Source: Candidatus Microgenomatus sp. (GTDB lineage Bacteria; Patescibacteriota; Microgenomatia; UBA8517). From it: a DNA stretch of 64,000 nt. The notes under the pieces were generated by a model. It was not told the DNA's origin, did no database searches, and was given only the letters and a program-made list of their open reading frames with translations. Location: assembly GCA_020724585.1 (NCBI GenBank), contig DYGS01000001.1, forward strand, positions 422,002-486,001, written 5' to 3'. Of the stretch, positions 44,674-53,798 are shown piece by piece; the first letter of the stretch is position 1, and every line of letters starts with the position of its first letter. A program made the translations under genes and the position numbers.

Positions 44674-44690
44674 ATTATTAAACAAGTAAT

Positions 44691-45854
44691 ATGGACTACA
44701 ATATTGATGAAGTATTAACAAGAAGAGTTACAAATGTAATCCCTGATAAGAATGCCCTAAAAAAACTTCTCGAATCGGGAAAAAAGCTTAATGTCTATTT
44801 TGGAATTGACCCAACAGCAACAAGAGTTCATATTGGCCATGCAGTAGCCATCCGAAAGCTTCAAGAGTTTGTCGATCTTGGCCATAATGTTACATTTTTA
44901 ATAGGCGATGCAACAGCTTTAATCGGCGATACCTCAGATAAAGATTCCGAGCGCCCGGTTTTAACAGCAGAGGAAATCAAAAATAACTTTAAAACTTACA
45001 AAAAACAAGCAAGCAAAATCCTCGATTTCTCAAAAGTTAAAATTAAATTTAACAGTAAGTGGCTGTCAAAACTAAGTTTTATAGACACAATAAAACTTGC
45101 CCAAAATTTTTCCTTTGGTGATTTTGCCAATAGAGAACTTATTAAAAAGAGACTTAATGATAAAAAGAAGGTTGGGCTTCATGAAGCTTTATATCCTGCA
45201 ATGCAGGCCTATGACAGTTATATTTTAGATACAGATATCCAAATAGGCGGCGCTGATCAAACATTTAATATGCAGGCAGGTAGACAACTTATAAAATCAA
45301 GGCTTAATAAAGAGTCATATATTGTTGTTACTCCTTATTTAACGGGCACCGATGGACGAAAAATGAGTAAAAGTTGGGGAAATGCAATTTGGTTAACCGA
45401 TAGCGCTGAAGAAATATTTGGCAAAGTAATGTCTCTTCCTGATGATCTTATCGTTGAATATTTTGAAAACGCAACCAAATTGGATCAAAAGACCATTGAT
45501 AATGCCAAAAAGGCCCTTAAAAACGGTGTTAACCCCATGCTTCTTAAAAAAGACCTGGCTTTCCAGATTGCTCTTGAATTTGCAGGCAAAAAAGCGGCAA
45601 ACAAGGCAAGAGTAAATTTTGAAAAAACTTTTTCAAAAAAAATGCCGGAGTTTAGCAGTCAAATCAAGTTAAAATCCTCTCTCCTTGAAACAGTTGCTCC
45701 TCATACAAAATTAAAATCACTTTCCGATGCAAAAAGATTGATAAGCCAAGGTGCAGTTCAAATAAATGGCGATATTGTAAGAGATATAAATTACAAAATT
45801 AAAAAAGGCGACAAAATAAAAATCGGAAAGAAAATATTTGGCAAATTAGTATGA
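44691..45854 (+). CDS. tyrS: Tyrosine--tRNA ligase
   Basis: GIDPTA..VHIGH, QIGGADQ, KMSKS, C-terminal S4 domain. Confidence 0.97.
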   Translation: MDYNIDEVLTRRVTNVIPDKNALKKLLESGKKLNVYFGIDPTATRVHIGHAVAIRKLQEFVDLGHNVTFLIGDATALIGDTSDKDSERPVLTAEEIKNNFKTYKKQASKILDFSKVKIKFNSKWLSKLSFIDTIKLAQNFSFGDFANRELIKKRLNDKKKVGLHEALYPAMQAYDSYILDTDIQIGGADQTFNMQAGRQLIKSRLNKESYIVVTPYLTGTDGRKMSKSWGNAIWLTDSAEEIFGKVMSLPDDLIVEYFENATKLDQKTIDNAKKALKNGVNPMLLKKDLAFQIALEFAGKKAANKARVNFEKTFSKKMPEFSSQIKLKSSLLETVAPHTKLKSLSDAKRLISQGAVQINGDIVRDINYKIKKGDKIKIGKKIFGKLV

Positions 45855-45952
45855 GTACAAAAAAACAGAAAAGAATTTTTAAAATTATTGTTATAATTTC
45901 AGGAATTGCCCTGCTTTTTGGAGCATTTGCTCCGTTTTTAATTTATTTGTAA
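45851..45952 (+). CDS. 33-aa membrane peptide (not in ORF track)
   Basis: ATGA overlap with tyrS stop; MSTKKQKRIFKIIVIISGIALLFGAFAPFLIYL; 3 nt before recG. Confidence 0.65.
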   Translation: MSTKKQKRIFKIIVIISGIALLFGAFAPFLIYL

Positions 45953-45955
45953 ACT

Positions 45956-47890
45956 ATGAATCTTAATGATTCAGTTTCAATCTTACCATTTGTAGGTGAA
46001 AGCTATCGAAAAAAATTAGAGAGAGTTGGGATAAAAACAGTTTTCGATCTTCTTCATCATATACCGCATCGGTACATAGATTTTTCTAAATTTACCAAAA
46101 TCAAAGATATTAAAGAAGGTGAGTTAATTTCAGTCGCGGGAGAAATTATTTCTATCAAAAACCAACCCACAAAATCAGGAAAACTAATGCAAATAGGCAC
46201 TTTAAATGATGAAAGCGGTACTATTAGTTTAATTTGGTTTAACCAATTTTATTTAATTAAAGCTCTTCCTTCTGGAAGCCGTGTCATAATATCCGGCAAG
46301 GCTTCTTGGTTTAATAGAAAACTTGCTTTTTTTTCTCCTCAATACGAAAAAATGGACTATGACCATGAAACTGTTCACACCGGGAAGCTCATTGGAGTGT
46401 ATCCTTTAACTTCAGGCATTTCTAACAAATGGTTGAAAGCTAGAATCAATTTTGCCCTTAAAAAAATTAAAATTGATGATTTTTTGGGTAAAAAAACTTT
46501 AAAAAAATATAATTTATTAGATTTTAACGATTCAATTAATAAAATTCACTTTCCCAAAAGTTTAGAAGATATCGAAAAAGCCAAAGAAAGATTAAGTCTT
46601 AATGAATTTTATAATTTGCTTCTTGAGTCTAAAAAACGAAGGGAGAAATTGACCAAAAAGAAAAGTATTAGATTAACAGTTGATAATAAGCTACTCGATG
46701 AATTTATTAACTCACTGCCTTTTAAATTGACTTCTTCGCAGGAAAGAGCAGTTGCAGAAATACTTAGTGATTTGGACAAAAAAACACCAATGAATAGACT
46801 ACTGCAGGGTGATGTGGGCAGCGGTAAAACAATAGTCGCCGCAATTTCTGCATTTGTTGCATTTTTAAACGGCTATCAGACAGTTATAATGGCCCCAACA
46901 CAAATACTTGCCAATCAACACTACGAATTATTTAAAAAATTATTTCCAAAAATCGAAATTTCACTTGTAACTTCTAACAGCATAAAGCATACAGCATATA
47001 GCAATATCATAGTTGGCACGCATGCACTTTTAAATAAAGTCGATGAATTTAAGAAAATCGGCTTAATTGTAATTGACGAACAGCATAAATTTGGAGTTAA
47101 ACAAATAGAATTATTAACAAAATCTACAAAATTTCGTGCAAACAGGCTAACAATGACAGCAACGCCGATCCCGAGGACTATTGCTAAAACTTTGTTTTCT
47201 GATATGGATTTGTCTGTTCTTGACGAGATGCCTCAAAATAGAAGACAAGTTAAAACCTGGCTTGTACCAAATGAGAAGCGAGAAAAGGCTTACGAATGGA
47301 TTGGTTCACAAATCACAAATCATAAATCACAATGCTTTATCATATGTCCTTTAGTTGAAGAATCTGAAAGCGAGACTCTAAAAGACATAAAATCTGTAAA
47401 AAGTGAATTTATAAAACTAAAAACTGTTTTTAAAAATTTTAAATTAGGATTATTGCATGGAAAACTCAAAGAAAAAGAAAAAAACGCAGTCCTGAGCGAG
47501 TTTACGAGTCGAAGGATTGATATTTTGGTTTCAACTCCCGTGGTTGAAGTTGGCATTGATATTCCAAATGCAAATATAATATTGATTGAAGCAGCGGACA
47601 GATTTGGCCTGGCTGGACTTCATCAGCTTCGAGGTCGAGTGGGTAGGGGAGATAAAGAAAGTTATTGTTTGCTGTTTTCTGAAAATGAATCAGAAAAAGC
47701 CAGAAAGAGGCTTACAGCCTTAACTAAAATTAATTCCGGTTTCAAGCTTGCGGAGCTCGATTTAAAACTTCGAGGAGCCGGTGAAGTATTAGGCATTAAA
47801 CAGCACGGCGTGGGGGAGCTTAAAATTGCAGACTGGTCACAAACCAAATTAATTAATATTGCAAAAGAAATATTAGAATCCAGTAGCTAG
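45956..47890 (+). CDS. recG: ATP-dependent DNA helicase RecG
   Basis: RLLQGDVGSGKT, DEQHKFG, MTATPIPRT, LHQLRGRVGRG. Confidence 0.97.
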   Translation: MNLNDSVSILPFVGESYRKKLERVGIKTVFDLLHHIPHRYIDFSKFTKIKDIKEGELISVAGEIISIKNQPTKSGKLMQIGTLNDESGTISLIWFNQFYLIKALPSGSRVIISGKASWFNRKLAFFSPQYEKMDYDHETVHTGKLIGVYPLTSGISNKWLKARINFALKKIKIDDFLGKKTLKKYNLLDFNDSINKIHFPKSLEDIEKAKERLSLNEFYNLLLESKKRREKLTKKKSIRLTVDNKLLDEFINSLPFKLTSSQERAVAEILSDLDKKTPMNRLLQGDVGSGKTIVAAISAFVAFLNGYQTVIMAPTQILANQHYELFKKLFPKIEISLVTSNSIKHTAYSNIIVGTHALLNKVDEFKKIGLIVIDEQHKFGVKQIELLTKSTKFRANRLTMTATPIPRTIAKTLFSDMDLSVLDEMPQNRRQVKTWLVPNEKREKAYEWIGSQITNHKSQCFIICPLVEESESETLKDIKSVKSEFIKLKTVFKNFKLGLLHGKLKEKEKNAVLSEFTSRRIDILVSTPVVEVGIDIPNANIILIEAADRFGLAGLHQLRGRVGRGDKESYCLLFSENESEKARKRLTALTKINSGFKLAELDLKLRGAGEVLGIKQHGVGELKIADWSQTKLINIAKEILESSS

Positions 47891-47957
47891 TACTGCTAAT
47901 TTAGCATTCGTTTTTTTAGCATTTGAATTTTCCGCAACTTTGCCTTAAAATTGCGTT

Positions 47958-48113
47958 ATGGCTCCGCTTCCTAAGAAAAAACATAGTCACGGCAGGACTG
48001 CCCGAAGAAGAAGTGTGTTCAAGGCTTTTGCTGTTGAATCATCGAAATGTCCGTCATGCGGTAAGCTAAAAGAACTTCACAAAGCATGCCCCCACTGTGG
48101 CTTCTACAAATAA
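47958..48113 (+). CDS. rpmF: 50S ribosomal protein L32 (not in ORF track)
   Basis: MAPLPKKKHSHGRTARRR...CPSCG...HKACPHCGFYK zinc ribbon. Confidence 0.93.
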   Translation: MAPLPKKKHSHGRTARRRSVFKAFAVESSKCPSCGKLKELHKACPHCGFYK

Positions 48114-48154
48114 TGACTCATCACTTTTTCCTAATTTCCTAGTATACTTGTTTT

Positions 48155-48532
48155 ATGAAAACTGCAACTGATCCAAGACACTTGAAAAGAAGGGCTATTT
48201 TAAAATCTTTATTTGCTCAAAGTTTTACTAAACAAAATAATTTAGGAGAAGATGTTAAAAAAATTTTGAAAAAGACAAAAAAATTAAATAAAATTATTAC
48301 CGATTCTGCTCCAACTTGGCCGATTGAAAAAATAAACAAAATCGACCTTGCAATATTGCACTTGTCTATTTACGAACTCTTGGAGGGGAAAACTCCCCCT
48401 AAAGTAGTTATAGATGAAGCTGTTGAGCTGGGCAAGGAATTTGGGTCTGAATCATCGGGAGGTTTTGTAAATGGAGTCTTGGGAACGGTTTATGATACAT
48501 TAATTCAAAAGAAAGATGAAAAAAATAACTAA
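48155..48532 (+). CDS. nusB: Transcription antitermination factor NusB
   Basis: IDLAIL, PPKVVIDEAVELGKEFG, FVNGVL. Confidence 0.95.
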   Translation: MKTATDPRHLKRRAILKSLFAQSFTKQNNLGEDVKKILKKTKKLNKIITDSAPTWPIEKINKIDLAILHLSIYELLEGKTPPKVVIDEAVELGKEFGSESSGGFVNGVLGTVYDTLIQKKDEKNN

Positions 48533-49208
48533 TATTGAGTCTACTTTTAAAAATAAAGCGTTATTTCTGCAAGCTTTGACTCATAGAAGCTGGGTTAACG
48601 AAAACGACAAAAAAAGAGGCACCAATGAGAGATTGGAATTTTTAGGAGATGCCATACTAGAATTTATCGTTTCAAAAAAGCTCTATTCTAAATTCCCTGA
48701 CAAAGAAGAGGGCTATTTAACCGCCCTTCGAGCCAATCTGGTAAACACCAAAAACTTATATGATGTTGCAGAAAAAATCGGGTTAGGAGAAAAAATATTT
48801 CTTTCCAAAGGTGAAGAAGATGGCGGAGGGAGAAATAACCCATCGCTGTTGGCCGACACGGTTGAGGCAATAATTGGGGCTTTATTTATAGATTCAGGGC
48901 TAACAAAAGCTGAGGAATTTATCAAAGAAAATATTTTAGTAGACCTTGATAAAAGAGCCAAAGCTCCTCTTAAAGACCCTAAAAGTCTTCTTCAAGAAGT
49001 GATTCAGGCTCAAAAATTGCCCGCACCAAAATATAGCGTGATAGATGAAATTGGACCGGATCACGACAAAAAGTTTACAGTTGAAGTAATAATCGATGAT
49101 AATAGACGGGCCAAAGGCGAGGGACGGAGTAAAAGTGAGGCAGAACAAATGGCAGCCAAAAACGCTCTATCTTCATATTGTGAAATCGAACTTGATAATA
49201 TAAAATAG
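48516..49208 (+). CDS. rnc: Ribonuclease III
   Basis: ALTHRS, NERLEFLGDAIL, C-terminal dsRBD. Confidence 0.97.
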   Translation: MKKITNIESTFKNKALFLQALTHRSWVNENDKKRGTNERLEFLGDAILEFIVSKKLYSKFPDKEEGYLTALRANLVNTKNLYDVAEKIGLGEKIFLSKGEEDGGGRNNPSLLADTVEAIIGALFIDSGLTKAEEFIKENILVDLDKRAKAPLKDPKSLLQEVIQAQKLPAPKYSVIDEIGPDHDKKFTVEVIIDDNRRAKGEGRSKSEAEQMAAKNALSSYCEIELDNIK

Positions 49209-49214
49209 CCATAT

Positions 49215-49442
49215 ATGTCAGTTAGTATTCGTCTTTCAAGAGTTGGTTCAAAAAATCATCCTTTTTACAGGGTAGTTGCTGTCACTACTAGGTCAAAAAG
49301 AGATGGTAAAAATCATGGAATTTTGGGCTCATATAACCCTAAAACCAAAAAATTGGAGCTTGACCAAAAACTCTATAGCGAGTGGGTTAAAAAAGGAGCA
49401 ATAGTTTCATCTGCTGTTTCTAAATTAATTAATCAAAAATGA
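49215..49442 (+). CDS. rpsP: 30S ribosomal protein S16
   Basis: IRLSRVG.K..PFYRVV, RDG, LGSYNP. Confidence 0.96.
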   Translation: MSVSIRLSRVGSKNHPFYRVVAVTTRSKRDGKNHGILGSYNPKTKKLELDQKLYSEWVKKGAIVSSAVSKLINQK

Positions 49443-49672
49443 AAGAACTACTGGAATTTATTATCAAAAACATTTTAGGTGAGGGAGTCAAGTTTGAAGT
49501 CTTGGAGGAAGATGACGGCAATCTAGTTAAATTGACTGTTAAAACTCCGCCGGATGCAGGTGGGTTAATAATTGGAAAGCAGGGCAAAATTATAAAAGCT
49601 ATAAAAAATATACTAAAAATTAAAGCCGTTCTTCTTAAGAGAAAATTGATTCTTGAAGTTAACCCTTCTTAA
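49439..49672 (+). CDS. khpA: KH-domain RNA-binding protein KhpA
   Basis: GLIIGKQGKII, directly after rpsP. Confidence 0.88.
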   Translation: MKELLEFIIKNILGEGVKFEVLEEDDGNLVKLTVKTPPDAGGLIIGKQGKIIKAIKNILKIKAVLLKRKLILEVNPS

Positions 49673-50352
49673 ATCCCGAAAGGGTCACTGCGGCTTTCAA
49701 CATTACCTACATTACTAGACGGCTCAATAAAGGCAGGCAAGAAATAGCTACTAAGCTCTAAAAGCAAATCAATTTCAGCCTTGCTAAGCTCGCTAGGAGC
49801 AGAATTTAAAGACGGCAGTTTTTTAGGTAAATCAGCAGAATATATGTTAAGTGTTATATTAGCCAACAAAAAATCAGCGTTCTTACTCATACTGACCTTA
49901 TCTATACTCATGAGCGGCAAAGTTTTGGAAAACGACTCAAGCAAACTATAGATTCCTGCCTCGCTGCCTTGAGCATCAAAACTAACGGTATTTCTAAAGA
50001 CGCCATCATCAGGAACTTGTGTGCCGCTTTTGATATTTGTCAAAGAAACTCCATTTCTAGCCGCTTGCAATTTTATCTGACTAATTCCATAAAGAACGGG
50101 TGTCCGACTGGGCAGGGCAATGTCTATAAAAGTAATATCTCCAGGTAGAACATCAACGACTTTTTCCAATACTGTTATTTTTTGGGATAATATCCGATTG
50201 GTAGTTTCAATTTGTTGTATTTCCTCTCTAACTGACGATATCCGATTATAACTCGTCAAAAGGGCACCTATTAGTAGTGCCAAAAAAATAAGCACGATCA
50301 AAAGTGGCTTGGCAAGGTAGGTTAATTCCGTTTTTAGATTGTAATCTTTCAT
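49669..50352 (-). CDS. Type IV pilus PilO-like protein
   Basis: TM plus coiled coil, ends RSDPF; downstream of pilM and pilN. Confidence 0.75.
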   Translation of the reverse strand: MKDYNLKTELTYLAKPLLIVLIFLALLIGALLTSYNRISSVREEIQQIETTNRILSQKITVLEKVVDVLPGDITFIDIALPSRTPVLYGISQIKLQAARNGVSLTNIKSGTQVPDDGVFRNTVSFDAQGSEAGIYSLLESFSKTLPLMSIDKVSMSKNADFLLANITLNIYSADLPKKLPSLNSAPSELSKAEIDLLLELSSYFLPAFIEPSSNVGNVESRSDPFGI

Positions 50353-50367
50353 ATTTTTTAGTTAAAA

Positions 50368-50898
50368 CTATTCAAATAATAAACTTAAAATATATCCGCT
50401 TCCAGGATTAAATCCAAGCGAAGAAAGTGATATATTTTCATAAGTCTTGGTGGCTTTTAAAAAAGAGAATATTAAAGATAGGGCATTTGTAGTGCGTGAA
50501 ATAAGTGATATTTCGGATGATTTTGAGTCCAAGCTTATTTCTGAAAAACTAACATCAGGGTTGCCCGCCATTGCATCCGAAAATTTTCTAAATTCCAAAA
50601 CATCGTCTGAAAGAGACTCATTTGCTCTTATCTTTGTTATTTTGGCTATCCTGTCTTTAGCTAAAAACAATCTCTGCTCGCTCTGTTGTAGACTGCCAAC
50701 TCTCTGCTTTAAATTATTCTCGGCAAATTTTAGGTCGTTTAGCTTAAATGAATAAAAAATCAATATTCCAATTGTTGTAAGTATCGTAATAACCAATAAA
50801 ATGCCCAAAAAAATTGAAATTTTCGAAATTATAGCAGAAGTTTTTACAATCTGTGGAGGAACTGATAACTCTTTGGGAATTAAATTTATCTTCCTCAT
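50368..50898 (-). CDS. Type IV pilus PilN-like protein
   Basis: INLIP PilM-binding motif, TM, coiled coil. Confidence 0.8.
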   Translation of the reverse strand: MRKINLIPKELSVPPQIVKTSAIISKISIFLGILLVITILTTIGILIFYSFKLNDLKFAENNLKQRVGSLQQSEQRLFLAKDRIAKITKIRANESLSDDVLEFRKFSDAMAGNPDVSFSEISLDSKSSEISLISRTTNALSLIFSFLKATKTYENISLSSLGFNPGSGYILSLLFE

Positions 50899-50901
50899 AA
50901 T

Positions 50902-51909
50902 TTATTCCTCCCTCATGGCAAGCCCAACCGCAGTTGAATAAAGCGATAGATACGGTGCCATTGCTTTAACGGTTTCGGGGTCTAGAGACACCTTGGCAAA
51001 AGGATTCCCAAAAATGGTTTCGATGCCCAATTTTTCGGTTAAATAGGGAACTATATCTGGCATTGTTGAAGCACCACCGGTAATCAAAATTGAACTCGGC
51101 AATTCGCCTTTTTCCTCTGTCTGATAAAAATGTATAGCCTTTTTGACTTCATCTACAACCAAAGAAAATACAGGATCCAGCGCGGCCTTAACTTTCCCCT
51201 CAAGTTGAGTTGAAGATAATCCATATGTCTTTTTATATCCCTCGGCCTGCCCAAGGTTGATATTTAATCCTTGAGCAACAGCTCGAGTAAAGGCATCTCC
51301 GGCAACTGGGATTGATCTTGTAAACACCAGCATTCCATTTTTAACAATTGACATATCGGTTGCAGACGATCCTAAATCAAGAATCAAAAAAATCCCATCA
51401 TTTGACGCCAAAGCCCTGGCCGTTGCCGTTAACTCCGTTTCGGCGAAAACAGGTGTTAGGTCCGCAAGGCGCATAACCTTTACATATTTTTCAACGACTG
51501 CCTTGGGCGCAGCCATTAATAATACTGAAGTTGAATTTGTTTTGTCATTTTTTTCTAAGATCATGTATTCGACCACAGCCTCATTTATTGGTATGGGAAC
51601 ATATTGCTCGGCTTCCCATTTGACGGCTGCAGAAACCTCTTCATCTGAAAGTAGAGGGAATTTGATAACTCTAGTAAAAACACTTGATTCGGGAAGAGAT
51701 AAATTAACTTCTTTTGAAGATATCCCGATTTGTTTTACCATCTTAGCAAGAACATCAGATATTGCTTGAAGTTCCTTCTCATCAGTTGCCTTATCTGGGG
51801 AAATCCCAACAAAACCAACAGCGCCTGAGGCTTTTAAAACCCAAGCCTCGCCTGATCTTGCAAGTTCAATAACTTTTATACTCTTAGTTCCTATATCTAT
51901 TCCAACCAT
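50902..51909 (-). CDS. pilM: Type IV pilus assembly protein PilM
   Basis: GIDIGT.SIK, EAEQYVP.P, LDLG, ITGGA, AVGLA actin-like fold. Confidence 0.93.
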   Translation of the reverse strand: MVGIDIGTKSIKVIELARSGEAWVLKASGAVGFVGISPDKATDEKELQAISDVLAKMVKQIGISSKEVNLSLPESSVFTRVIKFPLLSDEEVSAAVKWEAEQYVPIPINEAVVEYMILEKNDKTNSTSVLLMAAPKAVVEKYVKVMRLADLTPVFAETELTATARALASNDGIFLILDLGSSATDMSIVKNGMLVFTRSIPVAGDAFTRAVAQGLNINLGQAEGYKKTYGLSSTQLEGKVKAALDPVFSLVVDEVKKAIHFYQTEEKGELPSSILITGGASTMPDIVPYLTEKLGIETIFGNPFAKVSLDPETVKAMAPYLSLYSTAVGLAMREE

Positions 51910-51956
51910 ATGAGCAGTTTACCTAACACCTGACACTTGATACATGATACATGATA

Positions 51957-52796
51957 CTATTTAGTTATTCCACCCGAACTAAATATTACATTTTCAAAAA
52001 TCGGTGGGGCTACAGGGTGGAGTTCGTAAAGCTCAATTCGCCTATTGGCCGATCCAAAAGACCCTTGTGAATCAACCAAAAATCCTTGAGAGGGTAGCAC
52101 TGAACCTGAAGCAGAGACATCTATACCAACCTTGTGGGTAGCATCTGTGTTATAAACTAATCTAGCTTTGGCATATTGCAGCTGCCCTGTAAATGAACTA
52201 AAGGAAATATTTGAAAAAAATTGAAAATCCTCACCACCAACGCTGCAGCCTGTTGTTTGGGCTGAATTAAAATTGTTCTGCAGGATTCTTGCCGAATTTG
52301 GGTCAAGAGTCGCTCTTGCAATCCTTAAAGTTGAAAGATCATTTGGGGAGACAGCATAAACAATTGTCAGTTCAAGTGCGGGGGTTTGAGAATCACCATT
52401 TGGGCTACCCGAATTGCCCCAACAAATTTTCATTTGATCTCCGGTGAAATCAGGTTCATTTGGCCTGGCAAACCAAAAGGTTGCAGACTGGCCGGACTTT
52501 AAAGCTATTGGGTAGGTAACCTCCGTTTCACCTTGGGCAAAAGAACTTATTTTTGCATTAAAACTGGCATCTCCAACCGTTACATTTCCCGTATCGCTTC
52601 CAATAATTAATGCTCTTTCAATGCCTGCCTCGGCCGCCGAAAAAGCTCTTAGGGCCTCCTCATCCTTTGTTGAAAGAGAAATATCTGTTATTGATCTTGA
52701 TACTATATACAAAACAATAATTAAAACAACAGAAAGAGATAAAAGAACAACTAAAAGCGCCTGCCCCCTAATCAGTTTTTCATTCTTTTTATTCAT
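51957..52796 (-). CDS. PilX-like minor pilin
   Basis: GQALLVVLL prepilin helix, AFSAAEAGIERAL. Confidence 0.85.
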   Translation of the reverse strand: MNKKNEKLIRGQALLVVLLSLSVVLIIVLYIVSRSITDISLSTKDEEALRAFSAAEAGIERALIIGSDTGNVTVGDASFNAKISSFAQGETEVTYPIALKSGQSATFWFARPNEPDFTGDQMKICWGNSGSPNGDSQTPALELTIVYAVSPNDLSTLRIARATLDPNSARILQNNFNSAQTTGCSVGGEDFQFFSNISFSSFTGQLQYAKARLVYNTDATHKVGIDVSASGSVLPSQGFLVDSQGSFGSANRRIELYELHPVAPPIFENVIFSSGGITK

Positions 52797-53039
52797 TAAT
52801 TAATAGTAGCAAATTACAAATTATTTAACAAATGATAACTTTACAAAATATAATATACTTAAATTAAATGAAAACTAAAGTATTAAAAGATACAAAAATT
52901 ACAGTTGAAGAGCTGAAATAACATCCCAACAAGGGAGGTTTTTTCTTTAAATGTGATATAATTTATAATAGAAGTACTAAACTAGAAGGCGAGAAGATAA
53001 CTAGAAAGCAAGTTTTATCCATATTTAAAAATAGAATTA

Positions 53040-53591
53040 ATGAAAAAAGGAGCAACATCCTTCAAAGATACCAAGTCTAGAAGTTTGACTTCTAAAACAT
53101 ATGCTTTCATCGACGCCTCAAATATTATTTATGGAGCAAAAGATGAAGGTTGGCTGATTGATCAGAAAAAACTAATTAAATATTTAAGATCTAAATTTAA
53201 TATTTCGAAGGCATTTTTCTATTTTGGAAAAGATAGCAAAAATGAGAAACAAACCAAATTTTTAAAAATTCTAGGACAATTTGGATACACACTCAGAGTT
53301 AAAGAAATAAAAAGATATTATAAAAAAACTAAAGCCAATTGTGATGTTGACCTTACAATGGACATGTTGATACTAAAAAACGAATACTCTGGTGCAGTTG
53401 TACTTTCAGGAGATGGCGATTTTTTACCATTATTTAAGTATTTAGAGAGTAGGAAGAAGAAAATTATCATCATTGCCTTTTCCAGAAAAACATCAAGGGA
53501 TATTAAACGCTTTGCAAAAACTAACTTTATTGCACTTGAAAACCAAAGATATTTAATTGAAAGGAAACCAAAAAAATGGGGAGGACCCTAA
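53040..53591 (+). CDS. NYN/LabA (DUF88) domain protein
   Basis: FIDASN, KANCDVDL, SGDGDF. Confidence 0.9.
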   Translation: MKKGATSFKDTKSRSLTSKTYAFIDASNIIYGAKDEGWLIDQKKLIKYLRSKFNISKAFFYFGKDSKNEKQTKFLKILGQFGYTLRVKEIKRYYKKTKANCDVDLTMDMLILKNEYSGAVVLSGDGDFLPLFKYLESRKKKIIIIAFSRKTSRDIKRFAKTNFIALENQRYLIERKPKKWGGP

Positions 53592-53798
53592 ATTAGGATT
53601 TCTCCCCGATGTTATGAGTATAAGTATATAACTAAGAATGAAGATTGTCAACATAGCCTATAATTATATAAAATACTTCAGAGTCTTATTAATTCCTACA
53701 CCCCATAATCTCTTGACAAATCAAAATATATCCTATATTATAATGCATGAGATATATTAATGTGTTTATTGACCGAATAGTTACAAACCTATAAAATT

